The notes beneath the pieces are model-generated. The model was not told the origin of the DNA, did not search any database, and worked only from the letters and a program-made list of their open reading frames with translations. 64,000 nucleotides of DNA from positions 106,952,896-107,016,895 of the forward strand of contig NC_057710.1 in the NCBI RefSeq assembly GCF_004010195.1, given 5' to 3'. The translations under genes and the position numbers were made by a program. This DNA is from Chiloscyllium plagiosum (Eukaryota). Every line of letters begins with the position of its first letter. Positions within the stretch are counted from its first letter, which is position 1. Of the stretch, positions 1 through 11,950 are shown one piece after another.

Positions 1-916
1 TAACAACCAACCCTCAAAAATTGAGGAACAGAATGCTCCAGCTTTATTGAATGGTTTTACCAGTCATTTCAGATACAGCAGTAGGGACCTGAAGATAGGG
101 TGTAGCAAATCCTCAGTCAAAACATAGATAGCTAGGTGTAGATTTGAGACAGTTTACTGAAGATCCTGTGAAGAGGTTGATACAGTTTGATAGAATTTAT
201 TTAAAGTAGAATAAGAGTCTAATAAATATTGTTTTTCCTTGACAAATTGTTCAATAAAGTATTCATTAAAGTTGTGTTGGGGCCTTCCCTGACTCTTGGC
301 ATTTTTGTCTCATGCATCACACCCCCATGTTAAAAAGGGTTACTGCGATCTGGTCGAGATTTGTCAGGGTAAATATACGCACACTTTCACTTTACAATAC
401 TATATCAATGCTTTGCTGACTTTCTAATACTGAGGGTACCTTGCCAATCTGAATTTTGTTGAGGACCATAAGTTATTATAATACTATTCCTTAGGCTTAA
501 CCCCTTCCTGAAAACAGTTGGAGCAAGAAATTCCCAAACTGTTTATTCTAATGAGCAACTTTCAAAGTTGAGCTTTGGCTCAATTATTTTAAAAAAGCAC
601 CGTAGACTAAAATCACTCATCACATGACTAGCTGCATAGAAACTGGAGAACATGCATACAACAACCACTCAAACTGCAGAAACAATCCACATTATAAACC
701 ATTGTTCTAAAATCCCACTTGCTGAAATTCTCTTCATAACTTTCATGCGCATAACCTTGCACATAATTAAGTGCACCACAGCAAAGTGCATAGTACAAAC
801 TAACTGTTCAGGACATGGAGAGCAAGTCAGGAAAGGGGACGGTCAGTTGTTTGCTGAGCTTTGAGTTTCTAGAAAATAATTGAGAGGATAGATTCACAAC
901 ATGTTGAATTGCTGCA

Positions 917-2575
917 ACTAATGCTGTGGTAGCGTGGAGGGAAAGTTTAGACCGCAAATTGCTGAAATGAGAGATTCTGGAGTTTGTGTGTTTGGTGGAA
1001 CAGAGAAAGCCAATCCATTGTCACAAGGATCAGTTTGTGCAGAGCTATAAAACAGCAAGAGCATCAAATAGTGGTAGTAATTGTTTGCAAGCCATTGAAC
1101 AGTAGCAAAGTACAGCACAATATAAATCTGGAAATTAGCGGTGTTGGTAGCAAGAGCAATACAGCAATCATAGGGGCCTTCAATCTACAGATAAATTGGG
1201 TAAACTAAATTTGCTAACGCTGTGAAGGACAAATTAATAGCACGTGTTGAGGAACCACAGAATGGATAATTTTAAATCTGGGATTGCACAATGAGAAAAT
1301 GATAATTAATAATCTTGTTGTAAAGGTACCTTTATGGAAGTGTATTCATTAAATGATAATGTAAAATTCTAAGCCTGAAAGTACAATGATCATTCTGAAA
1401 TTAAAGCCTACCTTGAAACAAAAATCTATGGGTAGATTTGGATTTGAGTTTTGAAGAGCCAATGAATTGTGCTCCACTAGAAATACTAAAGAGGTGTGAC
1501 TGCAGACAGGAAATGGATAGCATTTGAACAGTTAATTCATGGTTTACACTAAATTCGGATTCCTTTGAAAAACAAAAATCCAATCATGACAAAAAAAATT
1601 GTTCTAGGTTAAAGGAAGACACCAATGAAGTTGGCAGAAAATCAATATAATTGCGGATGGGGAGCACTTTAAAATTCAACAAAGAACCACCAAAAACCCT
1701 TGGAGAAAATGTCATATGAAAGTAAGCTAGCAAAGCCAGTACTGGTAGTCGCCAAGTTACGAACGGGTTCCATTCTGGATTCTATTTGAAAGTTGATTTG
1801 TATGCAAGCTAGAACACAATGTAGGACAATGTAAAGCAGTCGTTTGTAAGAACAAATTTTTTTAATGCCAGGTCAATAATTTCGCCCGTGGGGAATCATG
1901 TTGGTAAGCACAAGCATTCTTAAGTTGGATGCTCATAAATTGACAGCCCCTGTAAATGCTTTTACAAGCATGCAAATTGGAAAAGATTAGCAAAAACAAA
2001 CATGAGTGAGTATGCTCCAGGCAGAGACAAGAGAATCTACAATGGGAAACAAGAAAATGCACAGAATCTAACCAAAAATGTATCGGTCTTCAGAGAACAA
2101 GATAGAAAAAAAATCTCCCAGACCAAATGGACTAATGAGAACAAGGACTGAAAGAAATTAGCATTAATTTAAAAAATAATAGGGACATAAACGGGAATGT
2201 ATGTGGATAAATCTTCTGAACCTCATGATTTCAGAACAATGGATTAGGTGGCTATAAAGATAGTGAACAGGTCGGTGGACATATAAAATCCTATGAATAA
2301 AGAACTGTTCCAGCAGACTGAAAGGCAGTGAATCTCACCTACCTATGCTTATAGGATATGATAGCAGGACATTTTGAAAGTAATGGTAGGATCGGGCAGA
2401 GTCAACGTGAATTTACGAAAGGGAAATAGTGTTGGACAAACCTGTCAAAAGGTTTTGGATGATGTAACTAGCAGAACAGAAAGGAGAACCTGTGGAGACA
2501 GTGTATTTGGATTTTCAGTAAGCCTTCAGCAAGATATTAATTTTGATACTGAACAAAATTACACCACATAGGATG
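917..2575 (+). mobile_element. Old degraded CR1-group LINE ORF2 (APE to start of RT); continues at ~5620-6240
   Basis: Decayed APE/RT motifs (GxFNL, 'aatcttctgaacctcatga' PGPD-like, 'gagtcaacgtgaattt' SQHGF-like). The RT continues after nested insertions. Confidence 0.65.
1742..1952. mobile_element. Tigger/pogo-like non-autonomous DNA transposon (MITE)
   Basis: TA-flanked with degenerate TIRs (ctggtagtcgccaagttacga ... tcataaattgacagcccctg); interrupts the old LINE. Confidence 0.45.
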
Positions 2576-2581
2576 TGGCAG

Positions 2582-2985
2582 AATAGAATCACAGTTTGAA
2601 GAGGCCCTTCAGTCTATCATGTCTGTACTGCCAAAGCTACACAAAACCTACACTATTTCCACCTTCTAAGACCACAGCCTTGAATTTTATGACTTTTCAA
2701 CCTTTTGAAGGTTGAGAAGTTACCTGCTTCTATTACACACTTTAGTGCATTTCACAGCCCCACCACATTCTGCATGAAAAACATTTCCCTCAAATCCCCT
2801 CAAATATACTGCCTTCCACCTTAAAATTATGTCCCCTTTTTATTGGCCCTTCAAGTAAGGGGAACAGCTGCTTTATATTCACCTTGTCCAAGCCTCAATT
2901 ATACACCTCTATCACCTCAACCTTCGCTGATCCAAAGAAAACAAGCCAAGCTTATCCAGCCTCTCTTCACAGCTAAAGTGCTCCA
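2582..2985 (-). mobile_element. CR1/HER1 LINE 3' fragment (continues 5112-5610)
   Basis: Reverse-strand CR1 3' UTR and RT C-terminus. ORF 5193-5435(-) reads 'LAFISGGIDYKNREV...LEYYV'. Confidence 0.75.
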
Positions 2986-4852
2986 AGTTCAATGGTGCAA
3001 TACCTTAGCAGGGATGACAGTGGAGGAACAATGGCTGATATTTCTGTGTATAATGCAGAAGATGCAGGATCAGTTCATTCCAAAAAAGAAGAAAGATCCT
3101 AGGAGGAGGCATGGGATGCCGTGGCTGACAAGGGAAGTTAAGAAAAATGTAAAGTTAAAAGAGAAAAAGTATAACATAGCAAAGATAAGTGGGAAAACAG
3201 AGGACTGGGAAGCTTTTAAAGAACAACAGAGGATTACTAAGAAGGAAATACGCAGAGAAAAAATGAGGTACGAAGGTAAACTGGCCATAAATATAAAGGA
3301 GGATAGTAAAAGCTTTTTTAGGTACACGAAACGCAAAAAAAAGGTTAAGACTAAAATTGGGCCCTTGAAGACAGAAACAGGGGAATATATTACAGGGAAC
3401 AAAGAAATGGCAGAAGAATTGAATTTGTACTTCAGATCTGTGTTCACTGGGGAAGACACAAGCAATCTCCCTGAGGTAACAGTGACTGAAGGACCTGAAG
3501 GGAATTTATATTTGCCAGGAATTGGCGTTGGAGAGACTGTTAGGTCTGAAGGTTGATAAATCCCCAGGGCCTGATGGCCTACATCCCAGGGTACTAAAGG
3601 AGGTGGCTCTAGAAATCGTGGATGCATTGATGATTATTTTCCAGAGTTCAATAGATTCAGGATCAGTTCCTGCAGATTGGAGGGTGGCAAATGTTGTACC
3701 ACTTTTTAAGAAAGGTGGGCAAGAGAAAGCAGGAAATTATAGACCAGTTAGTCTGACGTCAGTGGTGGGAAAGATGCTGGAGTCAATTATAAAGGATGAA
3801 ATTACGACATATCTGGATAGCAGAAACAGGATAGGTCAGAGTCAGCATGGCTTTATGAAGGGGAAATCATGCTTGACTAATCTTCTAGAATTTCTTTGAG
3901 GATGTAACTCTGAAGCTGGACAAGAGAGATCCAGTGGATGTAGTGTACCTGGACTTCCAGAAAGCTTTTGACAAAGTCCCACATAGGAGGTTAGTGAGCA
4001 AAATTAGGACACATGGTATTGGGGGCAAAGTACTAACTCAGATTGAAAATTGGTTGGCTGACAGGAAACAGTAGTGATAACCGGCTCCCTTTCGGAATGG
4101 CAGTGGGGTACCGCAGGGATCAGTGCTGGGACCGCAGCTTTTTACAATATATNNNNNNNNNNNNNNNNNNNNNNNNNNNNNNNNNNNNNNNNNNNNNNNN
4201 NNNNNNNNNNNNNNNNNNNNNNNNNNNNNNNNNNNNNNNNNNNNNNNNNNNNNNNNNNNNNNNNNNNNNNNNNNNNNNNNNNNNNNNNNNNNNNNNNNNN
4301 NNNNNNNNNNNNNNNNNNNNNNNNNNNNNNNNNNNNNNNNNNNNNNNNNNNNNNNNNNNNNNNNNNNNNNNNNNNNNNNNNNNNNNNNNNNNNNNNNNNN
4401 NNNNNNNNNNNNNNNNNNNNNNNNNNNNNNNNNNNNNNNNNNNNNNNNNNNNNNNNNNNNNNNNNNNNNNNNNNNNNNNNNNNNNNNNNNNNNNNNNNNN
4501 NNNNNNNNNNNNNNNNNNNNNNNNNNNNNNNNNNNNNNNNNNNNNNNNNNNNNNNNNNNNNNNNNNNNNNNNNNNNNNNNNNNNNNNNNNNNNNNNNNNN
4601 NNNNAGAAACTTGTTCACCCAGAGAGTGGTGGCTGTGTGGAATGCTCTTCCCCAGAGGGCAGTGGAGGCCCAGTCTCTGGGTTCATTTAAGAAAGAGTTG
4701 GGTAGAGCTCTCAAAGATAGTGGAATCAAGGGTTATGGAGATAAGGCAGGAACAGGATACTGATTAAGGATGATCAGCCATGATCATATTGAATGGTGGT
4801 GAAGGCTCGAAGGACATAATGGCCTACTCCTGCACCTATTGTCTATTGTCTT
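2986..4852 (+). mobile_element. Young 5'-truncated CR1 LINE ORF2 (RT), frameshifted
   Basis: KSPGPDGLHPRVLKE, NYRPVSLTSVVGK, SQHGFMKGKSCLTNL, FTQRVVAVWNALP; (attgtct)n tail; contains an N gap. Confidence 0.95.
4153..4604. other. Assembly gap (N run)
   Basis: 452 Ns inside a CR1 copy. Confidence 1.
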
Positions 4853-4857
4853 ATCTT

Positions 4858-5108
4858 GGCAACACTTGCTGGAAAAACTCAGTAAGGTGTGGCAGCATCT
4901 GTAGTGAGAAAGCAGAATTAATGTTTCAGATCCAGTGACCCTTCAAGCATAAACATGACTCAATTCCCATTCTGAGGAACAGTCACTGGACCTGATTTAC
5001 TCTTTTACACTCTCTCTCTCTCCATAGATGCTGCCAATCCTGCTGACTTTTCCCAGCAATTTCTGATTTGGTTTCATTTTCAGCATCTGAAGTTCTTTGT
5101 TTTTTTGT
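4858..5108. mobile_element. Fold-back Penelope-derived short element (family C) with degenerate hammerhead motif
   Basis: Inverted arms (ttgctggaaaaactcag..ggcagcatctg / agatgctgcc..ctgactttt..ccagcaa) and ctgaggaacagtcactggacctga. Related copies at ~28050-28135, 31330-31497 and 44795-44885. Confidence 0.6.
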
Positions 5109-6309
5109 TTACAGTCCAGGCAACAACCCAGTGAATCTCACCTGCAACCCCTCGAGTGTAATCACATTGAGTGTCTAGTGTGGAAACCAGAATTACACAT
5201 AGTACTCCAGCTGTGATCTAAATAAAGCTTGATACACAACCTCTCTGTTCTTATAATCTATGCCTCCACTGATAAAGGCAAGTGTCCCAGATGCCTTAAC
5301 TATCCTATTAACCTGCTTTGACACCTTCAGATATCTTTGAACAAACATCCCAAGATCCCTCCGCTCCTCAGCTTTATAGTATTCTACCAAACAATTACTC
5401 CTTTGTTTTGTTACTTCTATCAAATCATCTCTCACTTATCAGGGCTAAATTCCACTTGCTACTGATCAGCCCACATGACCAATCCGTTTATATCTTCCTT
5501 TAATATAAGATCCCCTTCCTCACTTTCAAAAACCCAGTCAATAATTCTGTCATCTGCAAACATACTGATCAAACTCCCCCTCAACACGCTCATCTACATC
5601 ATTTATATACATTGGCATTAATTTGTTAGCATGGATTAGGAATTGCAACTAGGAAGGAGAACAGAACATTATTGGAATAAATGGATCATTCTCAGGTTGG
5701 AAGTCTGTGACTGGTGGGGTATCACTAGTAAGAGTGCTTAGGCCCTAGCTATTCACAATCTATTTTAATGATATGGATGTGAGATCAACATAATATTTCC
5801 AAGTGTGGCAATGACAAAATTAGGGAACACAAGTTGTGAGAAGAATCCAGAAGTTAAGGGATTTTAGACAGGCTAAGTGAGTGGGCAAGCACATGGCAGA
5901 ATCAATGTTGTGTGGAATACTGTGAAGTTATCTGCTTTGCAAGGACAAACAGAAATGCTGAGTATTTCTTAAATGGTAAGAAATTGCCAACTGTTGTTGC
6001 TCAGAAGGGCTTGGCTGTCTTTATTTATATAAGTCATACGCAAATGCAGTAAGCAATTAGGTAGATAAATCAATTTGTTGCTCCAGATTTAAATGCAGGA
6101 ATAAGAAAGCCCTATTCTAGTTCAACAGAGCCTCAGTCAGACCTCATCTCACGTGTGGCTAGTTTTGCTCTCCATATCAAAGGAAGAATATACTTGTTAT
6201 TCAAAGAGTACAACAAAGGTTCACCAGACCACCTCCATTTGCAGCAACAGTAGGAACAGGGAGATCAAGGACCAGGGGGCTGCCAGGAAGGTCAATTTTC
6301 ATCTGAAAT

Positions 6310-8170
6310 CATGAGGTCCAGAAGATTTATCCACAGATTCCCATTTATGTTTTCATTACTTTTTTTAAACTTGTGGAATCAGCGGCCTCCATTTGCACCC
6401 AACTCCAGCTCCTCACAGACCGCGTTAGGAAACTGGAGGAACTTCAGATCATTCAGGAGGTTGAGGAGGTGATAGAGAGGAGTTTATAGGGAGATAGTCA
6501 CTGGGAGATAGGGGGAGGGGGGAGAGAAGAATAGTAGATAGTAGATTCAATTGTAAGGAAGAGACAGAAGATTCTGTGGTCACGAGCTAGACTCCTGGAT
6601 GGTATGTTGTCTCCTGGGTGTCAGGGTCAGGAATATCTTGGATCGAGTTAAGGGGAAGGGTGAGCAGCTAAAAGTCTTGGTACACATCGGTACCAAGGAT
6701 ATAAGTAGGGAAAGGGAGGATGACCTGAAAAAAAGAGTACAGGAGGTTAGACTGGAAGCGAGAAGGCAGGATGAGCAGAGTAGTAATCCCAGGATTGCTA
6801 CTGGTGCCATGTGCTCATGAGGTTAGGAGTAGAGAGTGTGCAGATGAACACGTGGCTGCAGGGCTGTATAGGAGGGAGGGCTTAAAAAAATGTGGATCAT
6901 TGGGATACCTTCTGGGGAAGGTGCGACCTGTACAAGGAGGATGGGTTGCACTTGAACTGGAGGGGCAAAAATATCCTTGGCTGGAAGTTTGCCAGAGCTC
7001 TTCAGGAGGGTTGAAACTAGATTGGCAGAGAGTGGGAACCTGAGCTATGGATCAGATGATGGAGTAGGTAGAGAACAGCCAGATACACATGCAGAGAGTC
7101 TGTGAGGAGGGATAGGCACTCATTGGGGCAATGGTGCAGTCAGTATGATGGGTCGAAGTGTGCCTATTTTAATGCAATTAGTATAGGAATTAAGGGTGAC
7201 AAACTCTGAGCACGGATCAGTTCTTGGAACTTTGATGTTGTGGCCATGATGGAGGCTTGGATATCACAGGGACAGGAATGATTGTTGGATGTTCCAGAGT
7301 TTAGATGTTACAAAGGGTTTTTTTTGCAGGGGGGAGAAGAGTGGCATTGCTAATCAGGGATACGATCACAGCTGCAGAAAGGGCGATTGCCGAGAACGGT
7401 TTCTCTACAGAGTCTATATGGGTGGAAGTCAGCAACAGGAAAGGAGCAGTCACTTTATTGTGAGTTTTCTATAGGCCCCCGAATACCAACCGAGATACGG
7501 AGAGCAGATTGGGAGGCAGATTTTGAAAAGATGCAGGAGTAACAGGGTTTTAATCATGGGTGACTTCAGCTTTCTTAATATTGACTGGAACCTCCTTAGT
7601 TCAAAATAGTTTGGATGGAGCAGTTTGTGTCAGGTGTGTCCAGGAACTGTTCCTGACACATTATGTAGATAGGCTAACTAGACGGGAGGCCATATTGGAT
7701 TTCATGCTTGCCAACAAGCCATGCCAGGTGTCAGATCTCTCAGTGGGACTGCATTTCAGTCAGTGATCACAACTCACTGACCTTTACTGTACTTATGGAG
7801 AGGGATTGGAGCAGATGGTATGGGAAAGTAATTGATTGGGATGAGGGAATTACAATGCTTTTAGGCAGGAACTGAGGGGCCTAAATTGGGAATACATTTC
7901 TCAGGGAAATGCACAACAGAAATGTGGAGGTTGTTTAGGAAGCACCTCCTGATACTGCTAGACAGGTTTGTCCCACTGAGGCAAGGAAGGGATGGGAAGC
8001 TGAAAGAACCTTGAGTGACAAGGTAAGTGGAACATCTAGTCAAGAGGAAGAAGGAAGCTTACTTAAGATTGAGGCGGCAAGGATCAGATAGGGTTCTGCA
8101 GGGTTACAAGGTAGCCAGGAAGGAACTGAAGAATGGACTTAGGAGATCCATAAGGGGCATGAAAAAGCTT
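6310..8170 (+). mobile_element. CR1 LINE: ORF1 (SGNH esterase-like) and ORF2 APE domain, degraded
   Basis: MVCCLLGVRVRNI..VLVHIGTKDI (CR1 ORF1 esterase), then APE motifs (YFNA.SI, W.FDVVA, MGDF). Confidence 0.85.
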
Positions 8171-8171
8171 T

Positions 8172-8625
8172 AGAACAGAACAGAACATTACAGTGCAGTA
8201 CAGGCCCTTCAGCCCTTAAATGGTCAGTGCAACAATCTGAAGCCTATCTATCCTATACCTCTCCATTTTCATCCATATGTTTATCCAATTACTATTTAAA
8301 TTGCCCCCAAAGTTGGTGAATCTACTACTGTTGCAGGCAGGGTGTTCCAAGCCCCTATTACTCTGAGTAAAGAAACAACCTTGGACATCCGTCCTATATC
8401 TATCATCCCTCAATTTAAAACTATGCAACCTTGTGCTCACCATCCTGTGAGGAAAAAGGCTCTCACTATCTCTCCTATGTAATCCTCTGATTATCTTATA
8501 TGTCTCACTTAAGTCACTATCAACCTCCTCCTCTCTAACAAAAACAGCCTCAATTCCCTCACCCTTTCCTGATAAGGCCTTCTCTCCATACCAGGCAACA
8601 TCCTAGTAAATCTCCACTGAACCCC
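8172..8625 (-). mobile_element. CR1 LINE 3' end
   Basis: (agaac)n tail on +; RYRTDVQGCFFTQ on minus. Confidence 0.85.
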
Positions 8626-8629
8626 TACT

Positions 8630-9659
8630 GTTTTATATGTTGTTGCATTGTTCTGGAACTTTGGAGAAAAAAGTCAAAACAGCAGCACTTTTAAAAGGGA
8701 GAGGAACAGACAAAGGCAGCATAGGTGAAGTCAGTGCAGGGGAGAGGCGGACACTGGTAACTGATACAGCAGTGAACCTGTGCAGTTACTGCCTTTGCTG
8801 TTTGAATTCATGTATTGCTGTACATCAGAGTACATCTGGTAAAATTAACAAACAAATTCAAAACTGATCTTGGAGGAACCTGCTTGGGAGAGGTCACAGC
8901 ACAGGCAGATAAGCGAATAGCTTTAGGTGTGGCCTTGGGGCCTTGCTCGAAGTCTGCAGTAGTGAATAGAGTGGCTTCTTTCTTGATTAAATGTTTTATT
9001 GAGAGGAGTCTCTTGACTAAGCTTAAAATAAGCCATAAGTATCGTTAGCCTGGAGCAGTATTTTGTAGAGGAATAAGACAGTGCTATTTTCTGGGTCTGC
9101 AGATTGTGAACAGCAAAATGGGCCCTTAGTAAAATGATATGCTCTTCTTGACGGATGTGAGAGTTTAGGGAGAGTTTGTGTTACTGAGGATTTTATCTGC
9201 AATAAATGCCATTGGTTGCAAATCCTATCAGATCGAATGGAATGGTTGGAGTGACAGTTAGAGGCAATAAGGAATTTACAAGAGCAAGGGGGTGTGATGG
9301 ATGGCAGTTATATGAAGGAAGAAAAGTCACAGATGCAGTCACATAGATGGGTTAACTCTGGGAAAAGTGAGAGAGGTAGTGTAGAAGTCTTTGGTGGCTA
9401 TCCCTACTTCAAACAAGTATGCTGTTTTGGAATATGTAGGGGCTGTTGGGTTCTCAAGGAAACATAGCATGAATTGCCAAGTTTCTGGCATTGAGATTGG
9501 CTCAATGCAATGAGGGGTAAGTCGGGTTCCAAGACTGTTAGGGGACTCTCTAGTCCGAGGTACAGACGTTTCTGTGGCCAGTAGCAAAAAAATCAATGGT
9601 TTTCAGCTTCCCTGGTGCCAGGATCAAGGATGTCTCAGAGAGGGTGCAGAATACTCTCA

Positions 9660-9690
<31 letters not shown>

Positions 9691-10920
9691 AGAAGAGGGT
9701 CCAGCAGGAGGTCGTTGTACACATTAGAACCAACAACATAGGAAGGGAAAAAGTCGAGATCCTGAAGGGAGATTACAGATAGTTTGGCAGGAATTTAAAA
9801 AGGAAGTCCTCGAGATTAGTAATATCTGAATTACTCTTGGTACTACGAGCTAGTGAGGGCAGGAATGAGAGTATAGAGAAGATGAATGCATGGCCGAGGA
9901 GCTGGTGTATGGGAGAAGGAGTCACATTTTTGGATCATTAGAATCTCTTCTGGGTAGTAGTAGATGGAAGGTTATCAGCCTGGAACTTAGTGACCAGCGG
10001 TGTTCTGCAGGGATCGGTTCTGGGACCGCTGCTTTTAGTGATTTATAGAAATGACTTGGACGAGGAAGTGGAAGGGTGGGTTAGTAAGTTTGTCGATGGC
10101 ATGAAAATTGACAGCGTTGTGGATAGTGTGGAGGGCTGTTGTAGGTTGTAACATTGACAGAATACAGAACTGGGCTGAGAAGTGGCAGATGGAGTTCAAC
10201 CTGAAAAGGTGTGAAGTGATTCATTTTGAAAGGTCTAATTTGAATGTAGAACATAGGGTTATTGGCAGGATTCTTAGCAGTGGGAAGGAACAGAGGGATC
10301 TTGGGGTCCACATCCATAGATCTCTCAAAATTGTCACCCAAGTTGATAGAGTTGTTAAAATAACATATGGTGTGTTGGCTTTCATTAGTGGGGGATTGAA
10401 TTTAAGAGCTGCGAGGTTACACTGAGGCTCTATAGAGCCCTGGCCACATTTGGAATATTGTGTTCAGTTCTATTTGCCTCATTATAGGAAAGACGTGGAA
10501 GCTTTAGAGAAGGTGCAGAGGAGATTTACCAGGCTGCTGCCTGGACTGGAGGGAGGTCTTCTAAAGAAAGGTTGAGGGAACTAGGGGTTCTCTCACTGGA
10601 GAGCGAAGAAGGATGACAGGTGACTTGATAGAGGTGTAAAAGACGCTGAGAGGCAGAGATAGAATGGATAGCCAGAGACTTTTCCTGTGGTGGAAATGGT
10701 TATTATGAGGGGACATAATATGGTTAACTGGATGAAGGTTTAGGGGAGACGTCAGAGATTGGTTCTTTAATTAGGGAGTGGTGGGTGCGTGGAACGCACA
10801 GTTGGCAGTCATAGTATAGGCTAATACAGTAGATACATTTAAACAACTCTTGGATAGATACATGGCAGATAGTACAATGAAGGGTATGTAGGTTAGTCTG
10901 ATATGGTATTCAAATGGATG
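8630..10920 (+). mobile_element. CR1 LINE with 5'UTR + ORF1 joined directly to RT 3' half
   Basis: Zn-finger-like C..C, SGNH motifs (LGDSLVRGTD, FPGARI, VVHI.TNNI), then an abrupt switch at ~9955 to RT (VTSGVLQGSVLGP, WAEKWQMEFN). Confidence 0.85.
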
Positions 10921-11345
10921 ATCAGACAATAGACAATATAGACAATATGTGCAGGAGTAGGCCATTCTGCCCTTCGAGCCTGCACCACCATTCATTATGA
11001 TCATGGATGATTACCCTCAATCAGTATCCTGTTCCTGCCTTATTTCCATAACCCTTGATTCCACTATCCTTGAGAGCTCTATCCAACTCTTTCTTAAACG
11101 AATCCAGAGACTGGGCCTCCACTGCCCTCTGGGGCAGAGCATTCCACACACCCACCACTCTGGGTGAAGAAGTTTCTCCACATCTCTCTCCTAAATGGCC
11201 TACCTCTTATTTTTAAGCTGTATCCTCTGATTCGGGACTCACCCATCAGTGGAAACATGTTTCCTGCCTCCAGAGTGTCCAATCCTTTAATAATCTTATA
11301 ATCTCAATCAGATCCCCTCTCAGTCTTCTAAACTCAAGGGTATAC

Positions 11346-11904
11346 TGTTTTAAAAAATTCTCAAGGTCAAGGACCAGGCTCGCAGGAAAGTAGTCTGACA
11401 CAGAACAAACAGCCAAGAGGCGAGTCTGCTAGAATATAAGTGTTTTATTCCCCGCAGCGTCGCCACAACCAGTCTCGTACTTACAACGGGTCTGGTTTAT
11501 ACTCACTCTACGTGTTACCGGAACTGGGAGCCGTCAGTTCTCGTAGAGCGGTTGCCAACAACCCACGCTCGGCGGTTAAACGCAACCCCGGAGCAGACTC
11601 TACCGAACTGGAGACTTCCCCAGCTGATATACCCTTTTCCAGATATAAACATTCATGTGAACAGCAGAGCAAGGCTAAAAAACACATTCCATTCTGGTTA
11701 CATACAGATAAGAAGATTCACACGGGAAGGTGTATAATAAGATTCACACGGGACTAAGCGACACCTTCCAGTTTCGGTTAGATTCACACATGTATTGGGA
11801 CACAATTTTAACCCTTTCACCACATTCCACTGCTTGGCCCAATACATGTGTTACATTATGATTCACACATGTATTGGGACATAATTTTTAACCATTTCAC
11901 CACA
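11346..11904 (-). mobile_element. Putative LTR (solo LTR or end of an LTR element)
   Basis: TG...CA ends; minus-strand TATA-like sequence (~11627-11648) upstream of AATAAA (11444-11449); duplicated 44-bp block in the U3-like part; CpG retained; cleanly interrupts a CR1. Confidence 0.6.
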
Positions 11905-11950
11905 NNNNNNNNNNNNNNNNNNNNNNNNNNNNNNNNNNNNNNNNNNNNNN
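11905..11950. other. Assembly gap (N run)
   Basis: 46 Ns. Confidence 1.

Noticed and set aside
2843-3899. Intact autonomous reverse transcriptase gene
   Set aside because: The CR1 ORF2 is 5'-truncated and frameshifted. No element in the window looks coding-competent.
4043-4767. Long ORFs of 195-229 aa in the track
   Set aside because: Artefacts of reading through the N run.
11705-11904. Short repeats with spacers, superficially CRISPR-like
   Set aside because: Only 2-4 irregular units in a vertebrate LTR-like context, with no cas genes.
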